This document shows, piece by piece, positions 19,698 to 28,155 of a DNA stretch of 32,000 nucleotides. The stretch lies in assembly GCA_002794465.1 (NCBI GenBank), contig MTSL01000048.1, positions 1,504 to 33,503 on the forward strand, given 5' to 3'. The DNA comes from Paramicrosporidium saccamoebae KSL3 (taxonomy: Eukaryota > Fungi > Cryptomycota). Below the pieces are notes generated by a model. The model saw only the letters and a program-made list of their open reading frames with translations, did no database searches and was not told where the DNA came from. Each line of letters starts with the position of its first letter. Position 1 is the stretch's first letter. A program made the position numbers and the translations under genes.

Positions 19698-20798
19698 TTA
19701 CTGACCCGGAGTCACCGAACTCTCCATAGCTCGGTTAAATCCACCCATATCTGAGGGAAGAAAATCGCGCATGTTCAGTTCCGGGAGGGGAGAAAAGAGG
19801 TCGGCATAAAGACTGCTGCCGAGATAAGAGCTGACGGGTGGGCCGGATCGGACGCCCAAGGGGTTCTTGGAGTAGCTGAGACGAATTCCACCTTTGGTAG
19901 AGTTGCTCAGCATTGTTCCGTACAATTGCTCCATCGACATGGTTGCGGTTCGGATTTCGTCAAATTCCACAAAACACATTGGACTTCCACCAAACTTTGG
20001 CTTAAAACTCAGTCTTCTGAATCCCGGACAGGTGGCAAAAATAGACCGCAGTTCCATCTCATTGGCATTTGGTGGCAAATTTCCCACGTAAAGTGTGTTA
20101 CAGGGCGGGTTCTCGGCAAACACAGAGTCCCCACAAACCGACGGCGCTGGTGTGCCTGCACTGCTGCTAGGTGTACTGCTGGACTTGAAGACATTTTGTA
20201 ACAGGCTGGGCCCAGGACGTGCGGTCTCTGTCAATGTATAGGGCTGGTTGGGGGCAGCAACTGGGATTGGGTTCAACTGTCCCGGGATACTTAGACTCAG
20301 CGAACGTCCGCCGTGAGAATCGCAGTTTGTACAATTGCTACATTTTGTTGTCTGATAAACAGTAGTAGTGGGAATGCTGGCACGACGAGCAAGGCTTGGT
20401 CCAAACATTGCGTCCCTATTTTCGTACTGCAGGACGGAGCGCGAACGAAGCGGCCCTAACACTAGATTTTTCTTTGCCAACTCACACCGCAATGTGGAGC
20501 CGCGCTCGGCGTCCACAACTCGACCATTGAGTACGCGACAAGCATCCATGGCGTCCTGGCAGGATTTGAATTTCGCAAAACCCAAGATCTGTCCACGCGG
20601 AACCTGGCTGAAGCAGCGTAGCAACGGACTGCCTGATGGCTCTGGCTCTACAGAGGGAATTCTTAAGCTGCAGCCCTCGTAGCCTTTGGCAAAGGCAAAC
20701 AAGTTTTGGAACTCGCGCTCTTTAAAGTCCTCTGGAAAGCCATTAACGTAGATTGTGCTCACAATTTCCTCAACACCATAGGATTCAGTATAGGACAT
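19698..20798 (-). CDS. Two-RRM RNA-binding protein, Whi3/Scw1 (RBPMS-like) family, 366 aa
   Basis: RRM1 [20 protein letters not shown]...GFAKF...[12 protein letters not shown]2 [13 protein letters not shown]...MCFVEF...[15 protein letters not shown], typical of Whi3/Scw1. Confidence 0.88.
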   Translation of the reverse strand: MSYTESYGVEEIVSTIYVNGFPEDFKEREFQNLFAFAKGYEGCSLRIPSVEPEPSGSPLLRCFSQVPRGQILGFAKFKSCQDAMDACRVLNGRVVDAERGSTLRCELAKKNLVLGPLRSRSVLQYENRDAMFGPSLARRASIPTTTVYQTTKCSNCTNCDSHGGRSLSLSIPGQLNPIPVAAPNQPYTLTETARPGPSLLQNVFKSSSTPSSSAGTPAPSVCGDSVFAENPPCNTLYVGNLPPNANEMELRSIFATCPGFRRLSFKPKFGGSPMCFVEFDEIRTATMSMEQLYGTMLSNSTKGGIRLSYSKNPLGVRSGPPVSSYLGSSLYADLFSPLPELNMRDFLPSDMGGFNRAMESSVTPGQ

Positions 20799-20935
20799 TG
20801 CTCAGTGTTCGTTTGTGATGACACAACTGTCGTCACTGGTTGGGGGGACGTCACCTGGTTACCGACAAATTTGTGTTTATACGTGTCAGAGTCTTTGTGC
20901 CATTTTTGGAAGAAGTGGCGCAGCAATCTGAAGCT

Positions 20936-20983
20936 TTTCGGTATCATGCTACTTGGTCATATCAGAGCTTTCGGTATCATGCT
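20936..20983 (-). promoter_or_regulatory. Direct repeat of a 15-bp motif upstream of the Whi3-like gene (function unknown)
   Basis: TTTCGGTATCATGCT at 20936-20950 and 20969-20983. The repeat is directly observed; a regulatory role is inference. Confidence 0.4.
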
Positions 20984-21280
20984 GTTGGCGAGTGGAAAGG
21001 ACGCCATTATTAAAGTATGTGGCACCTTTACAGTCCGTCATTCTCAAAATGGTGGACTTGGATCATGAGGTAGCTGGTATAAGTAGAGATGTGATGTGGT
21101 GAGTCAATCCGCTATGTTTAAGGAATAGTAGCCCCTATTGGGCGCTACGATAAGGTGAAAGAATCGGCCGCGAAAAGACGGATGATATGTACTAAGAGCA
21201 GCATGAGGTCCTGTACGCGGGAGGATGTACCACCACACACCATTGTTTAACAGAAGCTCTTATGAACAAGTTACAAACAC

Positions 21281-22250
21281 TCAATATACCCGGTCAAACC
21301 CTCGTTCTGGGGGCTGCAGCCAATTTTGATTGTCATACTGACAATTTCCCTCAATGACATGGAATGTGTATGCATTTCGGGGATCCTCAGAGAGATTAGG
21401 GCCGCTTTGATGCACAACGGATCCATGAATCAGGACTAGCGTTCCCTTTGGAATCTCCAACTGAACGAATCGCTTATCTTCAAAGGTGTGTTGGGATCCT
21501 TGAAAGCAAGTCTCAGTCCCAGCATCGTTCCTTACTAATCGGCTCGTTATTGGATACTCTGACATCAATGAACCAACCCGAGAATCTACCTTTGTGTGAT
21601 CCGGGAATAAAGGATAGGGTCCCATTTTTAGCAGTGCAATCGTCCAAGGCAAACCAGAATCCTATCGCACTATTTGGCTCCGTGTACAGAAATGTAGAAT
21701 CTTGATGGGGCACCACCTCGCCACCGATTCGGGGATTCTACACATGAATTTGCACCATCCAACTTGCCTTGAAAATGATCATGCTTTGCAGTATCACTGG
21801 ATGCTCAAATCCAAGCTGTCGAAATATCTCAATCAGGGAACTCGAGTGAGTAAAGTTGCGAAAAACTGAATCCTTTAAGTGCAATCCTACAAATTCCCAT
21901 CATTATAGCCGACTCGTACCATGGCCAATCTTGTTGAGAGCTCGCTCTTTGGGAACCACAAGTTCACCTTTGTCATTCAATGCACCGGCTTCATAAAAGA
22001 ACGAAATGTTGTCGCCACTGGCCAGAAAATATTGACTGTGCCGCTGTTGGCTGTTCTTTGTTACAAATCGAGTTACAGGATGGGACTCGGGCTTTAATTG
22101 CTCGGCGAGCATCTGGGCACGATTTCTTAATTGTTGAATCTGCTCTTCCGAAAGAAAGTTTTTGATCAAAAGATAACCATCATTATTGAACTAGGTATTT
22201 TAGTCAATTCCCGAAATTACTGCTTCCAAGTCCAAACCAGCAACGGGCAT
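21281..22250 (-). CDS. PHYHD1: Phytanoyl-CoA dioxygenase family 2OG-Fe(II) enzyme (PHYHD1-like), 281 aa; exons 22221-22250, 21920-22190, 21768-21886, 21590-21737, 21281-21558
   Basis: [18 protein letters not shown]|GLH, QSMIIFK|[19 protein letters not shown] (HxD), [25 protein letters not shown] and RNAYTFH motifs. Introns of 30, 33, 30 (GC-AG) and 31 nt; 846 nt in frame. Confidence 0.93.
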
Positions 22251-22302
22251 TATGTTGATGATGCTATGGATTTTTAATGCATTTGTTATTTGCGGATTAT
22301 CT

Positions 22303-23250
22303 TTATGGCTTGAGGCCGATGTGGAATGGGCATTTGGACGGGTCGCCTTTAACGTGGTCTTTGTCGGGAATTTTGTATCCCATCTTTTTAATTCGATCTA
22401 CATCGAAACCGCGCGACTTGAAAAATTGCTCCTGATCCCGCTTCTTTGAGTTACGAGATTTAGTAGGCTTTTTGCTCTGGGAACGAGGCTGTTTCTTGCG
22501 GCCGTGGTTGTTGTGGCGGCGGGGGTTTTTTACGTCCTGAGGCGTGCTCCAATAAACTCTGCCTTTTGGCTGGGATTTTCGAGCAGTTCGAGCAATTCGA
22601 GTAGGCCGTGCAGTTCGAGTGGTTCGAGTAGACTGAGTGGACTGAGTAGACAAAGTCCTCGGGCCTCTACTCTTGTGCTTATTCTTACGATCACGGCCAC
22701 GCACATGTCTACGCCCATGTCCATGTCTACGTCCATGCCTATGTCCACGCCTATGTCCATGCTTGCGCTTACTCTTACGGCCACAGGAATCTGAAGAGGA
22801 GGCTGAAGAGGAGGAATAACTATAGCTCTGCATCTCTCGTAATAGATCAGCATTCTCTTTCTTTGCCAAAAATGGACATTGTTTCGCATCGCCACCAAAT
22901 CCATGATGATTTATAGCGTGGGCGGCTGCCCGAGATGCTATTTTCACTGTACCTTGAGGTTTCTTGACACTTGCGCCGCTGCCAATTTCGTCATCATTTG
23001 CAGATGAAACTTTCTTATCGTACCCAAATGGACATTTTCCCCCCGCTGGTTTGGGCTCCTTTACATCGCTATCACCATACCCAAACGGACATTTGGGCTT
23101 TTCGGGAGTTTTGGCTGGCTCCTTTGAACCTACAGCCGGAGTCGACTGTTCACGGGAATTTCGGTATGCGTGAATGGTACCTGCGAGCACCAGCAGGAAT
23201 GCAAGACCGCTGATTGCAACAGTCCAGAAGCGACGACCAAGAGATTTCAT
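22303..23250 (-). CDS. Secretory/membrane-anchored protein with four CPF motifs and His/Arg-rich tract, 315 aa
   Basis: Likely ATG at 23250 (the ORF track starts at a TTG). MKSLGRRFWTVAISGLAFLLVLAGTIHA signal/anchor; KCPFGY twice, QCPFL, KCPFH; poly-Ser followed by HGHRRGHRHGRRHGHGRRH. Confidence 0.8.
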   Translation of the reverse strand: MKSLGRRFWTVAISGLAFLLVLAGTIHAYRNSREQSTPAVGSKEPAKTPEKPKCPFGYGDSDVKEPKPAGGKCPFGYDKKVSSANDDEIGSGASVKKPQGTVKIASRAAAHAINHHGFGGDAKQCPFLAKKENADLLREMQSYSYSSSSASSSDSCGRKSKRKHGHRRGHRHGRRHGHGRRHVRGRDRKNKHKSRGPRTLSTQSTQSTRTTRTARPTRIARTARKSQPKGRVYWSTPQDVKNPRRHNNHGRKKQPRSQSKKPTKSRNSKKRDQEQFFKSRGFDVDRIKKMGYKIPDKDHVKGDPSKCPFHIGLKP

Positions 23251-23373
23251 TCTGTGTGGCGTAATTCTCGCCTCGTTACCTACTTTCAATTTCCGCCGTC
23301 TGGGCCAATCAAAACTTGCAAAAAGAATCGAGTTGTAGTGGAAAATGCGCCGGGGCTAGCGCACATCTTCCTG

Positions 23374-24385
23374 ATGTTAGCGTCAGAGCGAGGGAAAGAA
23401 TCTCCAATGGATCTTGACTCGCCACCGTCAGTGTGGTGCAATTCGCCCGTTCCAACAACCTCTCCGGACAAGCCGGTTACTCCAAGTACATGATAATCAT
23501 GTTTTCCAATCAGTAGGGGCTGTTTTTGGAGCGCCTACCTCCTCGCCCGGGAGCAGCGGTGGGCCGCATTCCCCCACAAAGTCAATGCCCAGAGTTAGAC
23601 GGCTTGGATTGTTTGGAGGCTCGCCTTCCAGGATTAGGAGCAGTCCACTGGCACGACGAAGCAGAGTAGAAGGCGACTCGCCTCTCTCAGAGACAAACTC
23701 GACGGTAATTCGCTGCAGTGTTATAGCTTTTAGAAGAAGAAACGGGCATTAGTCGAAAGAGAAGACAACAACCGACACTTGTATCTGCCACTCGTCATTA
23801 TGGGGTATCAAGTCGTAGTGTCACGCTGACTATTCGTAGATACCTGCAAGTTGCCTTCAATGTGATTTTGATATCTGGAGTGCTCTATTTTTTGATGCAA
23901 TTCTTCCTAACTGTACGACGTGACGTCCAAATTAAGGTGGATGAGCAGCTTTCGACCATCCTCGCCGAAATATCCCAGTGTTCGAAACAATATGTGGAGA
24001 ACCGGTGTAGTCCAGACTTGAGGGTTCCAGCCATGGAAAAGGCCTGCATCGTGTGGGAAAGTTGCATGAAACGAGATCCATCTGTTATCGGACGGGCGAA
24101 GCTATCGGCTGAGACCTTTGCAGAAATAATCAACGGCTTCATCGAACCCATCTCCTACAAAACAATGGTACCAGCCCAGTGGATCAGTGGTTGCTGACAT
24201 TGTAGATATTCATCTTGGCGGCACTGTTTGGGACAATATTCCTATCAAACTATGCCTTTTCAATGGCGAGGAATAGGGTGAGCTCGGGATACGCTCCAAT
24301 GTTGCGGGATCAACAAACCGTTTTTGCGTCTGGACTTTACACCCCAGTACATACAGTATCCTTATCTGCGTTGTCTCTAATATAA
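23374..24385 (+). CDS. BRL1: Nuclear envelope protein Brl1/Brr6, about 292 aa; exons 23374-23485, 23517-23704, 23734-23804, 23840-24167, 24206-24385
   Basis: YLQVAFN plus TM, four-Cys lumenal domain (CSKQYVENRC...KACIVWESCM), AETFAEIINGFIEPISYKT, second TM. Introns of 31, 29, 35 and 38 nt; 879 nt in frame. Start could be 23374 or a later ATG. Confidence 0.88.
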
Positions 24386-24709
24386 TAGACTCCAGGGAAA
24401 CAAAAGGCCCTAATGTCTCTTCAATAAACTGTAACATATCATTGACGTAGATAATTATCTGTACAGCCGAGCGTGTTGATGTATTCCCTAATGAGCAATC
24501 GCTACGGATCAAGTCACTATTATTTGCACTGTGAGAGGGAGTCCTTAGTACCAACTTGTGATTGGGTTAATAAGACGCTTTCACTACAACTTTATTTACT
24601 ATTCAGTAAAGAATTTACTAATCCCCTAGTCCCAATTCACTAATCCCAACCCACTCACTAGTCTCAAACCACCAGGCCCATCCACTGGGCCACCAGGGCA
24701 ATAGGTTGC

Positions 24710-26479
24710 ATGAGTGAACAAGGTAGAGTCTCTTAATGATTATAGTCTCATTTACCAGGCTTCATCAGCAAGATTAAAAATTCCAAGCGCTTCAGTCTAA
24801 AACGGCTCGTTGGCGGCAACAAGGATGAAATAGAAGGCCCTGCTTCACTGCCCGCCAGCAGCAAAGAGTCACTCGCAGCACGGGCCCTACATAGCAATAG
24901 CGGAAGTGAGCGCGAGCGTAGTCCAGGGAGAATTGAAGACTATCCCGAGGCGCCAACTTGTGACGAGGACGACGAGGACTACCATGACACTGACGACAGC
25001 GACCAAGAGGACGACGAAGATTACAAAAAGGGAGGATACCATCCGGTGACTGTGGGAGATGTGTTCCACGAACGCTACACAATTATCCGAAAAATGGGAT
25101 GGGGACACTTTTCCACAGTGTGGCTGTCGTATGACTCTACTAACAATCAGTACGTTGCCTTGAAGATTGTCAAAAGTGCAGAGCACTACACCGAGGCTGC
25201 TGAAGATGAAATTCTGCTTCTGGAAAAGGTGAGCGGTTGCATTAGCAAACTCCATCTTGTGCCTGGTGAAGAGTCGGTGGTTCGGCTCCTGGACCATTTC
25301 CGCCATAGAGGCCCCCACGGAGCTCATGTCTGCATGGTATTTGAGGTGTTGGGAGAGAATCTGCTTAGAGTAATCAGGAGATTTGAACACCGTGGCCTAC
25401 CTCTGCATGTTGTCAAAGTGCTTGCAAAGCAAATGCTGCAAGGATTGGATTTGTTGCACCGAGAATGTGGTATTATCCATACCGATTTGAAGCCTGAGAA
25501 TATCCTAGTCTGTCTCGAACAGGATGAGATTCGACGAATGGCCACTATTGCCCTGGAGCGGGCATTAAGGGAGGGGGAGACTACTAGTATTGGGAGTGTC
25601 GATGTTGATAGTGAGCCACGTTCCCGCAGAGCCCGTGGTTCCTTCTCGGAGCATTTGCAGAGGATAGCAGCATCCAGTGAGGATTGCACCAAGTCAGTTG
25701 AGAGGATGCGTCAACTCTACCAAATGGTGACCTACTCGCAGCAATTCGATCTGGCAGAAAGTATGGGAGGCATTAACATTTCGCAGAGGTCAGCGGTGCA
25801 AATGACAGAGGGTGCAAGTCTATTCATGAAGGGGACTGAGCGCGGAACATCGCGCGACTGGCAACAAGATCGAAATGGATCTAGAAGCACATCAAGGATG
25901 AGACAACTTGCTCCGGATAATATCCGAGTCAAGATTGCAGATCTCGGGAATGCCTGTTGGGTTGATAAACACTTTACAAATGACATTCAAACACGCCAAT
26001 ATCGGGCGCCTGAAGTGATCCTTGGAATGAATTATGACACCTCCTGTGACATTTGGAGCACCGCTTGTGTGGTGTTTGAGCTGGCTACTGGCGATTTTTT
26101 GTTTGCTCCCCATTCTGGCAAAAGATATAACAAGAATGAAGATCACGTGGCCCAAATGATTGAGCTACTTGGTAAGATGCCGCGATCCTTTGCACTCGGT
26201 GGCAAGTACTCTTATGAAATATTCAACCGACGTGGCGAGCTTCGTCACATTAGAGATCTCGAGTATTGGAAACTCGAGGATGTGCTTACTGAAAAATACC
26301 GGATGCACCCCAATGACGCTATGGAGTTGGCGTCTTTCCTCTCTCCCATGCTCGAGTTTATACCACGGCGGAGGGCGTCTGCGCAGGATTGTCTTACCCA
26401 TCCGTGGCTCAAGCCAGAGCAGTCCATGGACAACGACTATACCATAAGACGGCCGAGCGATGCCACAATCGGAGCATAA
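24710..26479 (+). CDS. SKY1: SR protein kinase (SRPK/Sky1/Dsk1), 577 aa; exons 24710-24722 and 24759-26479
   Basis: EDYKKGGYHPV, MGWGHFSTVWL, VALKIVKSAEHYTE, IHTDLKPENIL, spacer insert, IADLGNACW, IQTRQYRAPE. A 36-nt intron (24723-24758) links to an upstream ATG. Confidence 0.93.
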
Positions 26480-26509
26480 GGAAAATAAAGCAATTTCTTT
26501 GTTTATGTG

Positions 26510-28085
26510 ATGAGTGTCCTAGAGAATCTTGGCAAGAAGATTAGCAGCACACTGGAGAGTGCACAGAAGGACCTCCGCCAGTCAGTGGCAAAGTCTCTGT
26601 CTGTAGCCGCCACGAGTATTGCCACTCCGCCGCCCGTTACGAGTGGCAGCAAATCCAAATTATTTAGCACCATCCTGGACCGCTCCAAACGCATCCGTGA
26701 CCATATTGTCGATCGCCGCAATCCTACCAGTACCCGAAATTTCCAGTGCTGACTGTAGTGGGGGCTGAAGGACCGGGAATAACAACGACCGGCGTGTCGA
26801 GAGACGATGTGCAGGAGAAACTGGCGACATTTGCCAGATTGGAAAAGGAGTTTTGCGACCTGATTGAGGCGTATGAGATTCTGTTGGTGGAAAGGATTCA
26901 TTTGGAGGAAATTGTGGCGGGAAGTAGTCAGCTCGAGTCCCTCGATGACTTGGAACTTGTTGGACAATACTACAAGGCCATCCAGGACACGACGCAGGTA
27001 GAACCATAGACACGACGTTTATTGAGTAGATGTCGAAGCAGGAAATTGCACGTCTAACTCAAAAGGTCGAAGAGTTGGAAAGTCTCCCAGCGACAAAGGC
27101 CGATTCAATCGCTATTGAATATGCGCGACGGAACGGCGACGATGAGCAATTAGAGACATCATCTAATGTCAGCACCCAATCGGTTGCCGAGAAATTAAGT
27201 GAGGCTCGGGACAGCATTGCCGCATTGACACAGCAGCTCCGTGACAAGGACAGTCGGATTCTGGAACTCGAGTCAGCGCAAAAGACTTTGATCAAAGACA
27301 AATCTTCCCTTACGAGCCGAGATTTGGAACGAGAGAGCGTGGTGACGTCATTAGAATCGCAAAAGATGGCCTTGGAGACACGGGTAAATTATATGCAAAA
27401 ACAACTGCAGGATTTTGAAGGGAAGCGGGCCAAATTTAAGGAAATTTCAAGCACCAGTCAGGGAGAGGTACAACAGGCCAAAGAAGAGCTGTCCAAATGC
27501 AAGCAGCGACTGGCTCTGACGGAATCGGATCTTTGTGCGACAAGAAAGGTGTTGGAGGCGTGTCAGACAGAACTAGACTTGGTCCGAGAGGAAGCTGACA
27601 ACTCTCTACGAAATCTCAATAGCGAGCAATTCCGGCTAGATTCGGCATTAACGTTAGCAGAAACGTTATTAGATGAGGAGCGTCTCAAATGCAAGGATTT
27701 GCTCAAACAACTGGGGACAGCCAATGAACAGCTTGCTCAGCTTCAAAAAATGCTTTCGTTGAAGGAATCGGAAATTGTCCGCCAATCAAGAGCCATGTCC
27801 ATTGATTCTGTACGGAGTCCCAGTATATTCAGCACGGAGGACACGGGTGAGACGGTCCGAAGGAGACCATCCACTACTGCGGAGCAATCAATCAAAGCCC
27901 TCAAGGCAGAATGTGAACGATTAGCCATTGAGAATACGAGGATCAAGGCCTCTTCACAGATTGAATACATTCGGAACATTATGCTGCGGTTCCTCCAGCT
28001 GCCCGATCAACGGAAAACTCTGCTCCCAGTGCTCAGCAATCTCTTTCGCTTCACCGACACGGAATTGGCATCAATAAAGAAGTAA
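26510..28085 (+). CDS. Coiled-coil golgin with C-terminal GRIP domain, 504 aa; exons 26510-26729, 26759-26997, 27030-28085
   Basis: Long heptad-rich region ending in IEYIRNIMLRFL...LLPVLSNLFRFTDTE (GRIP). Introns of 29 and 32 nt join three ORF-track pieces in frame (1515 nt). Confidence 0.85.
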
Positions 28086-28155
28086 ATTGACCAATCACCA
28101 TGGTTGTTTACCTAATTGCCCAATTAAGCCCAGACGCACCACTGTCGTGTCAGTC

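Noticed and set aside
18426-23250. ACMSD, PHYHD1 and the CPF protein as a metabolic gene cluster
   Set aside because: They are interspersed with an unrelated RRM gene, share no established pathway, and close spacing is the norm throughout this window.
24615-24665. CTAATCCC-like short repeats as an interstitial telomere
   Set aside because: Only two or three degenerate copies with no regular period; more likely low-complexity promoter sequence upstream of SRPK.
28087-28155. ORF-track TTG/GTG starts (also 11002, 13731, 23289, 17881, 25046, 4909)
   Set aside because: In a eukaryotic gene context, nearby in-frame ATGs or spliced upstream exons give better N-termini.
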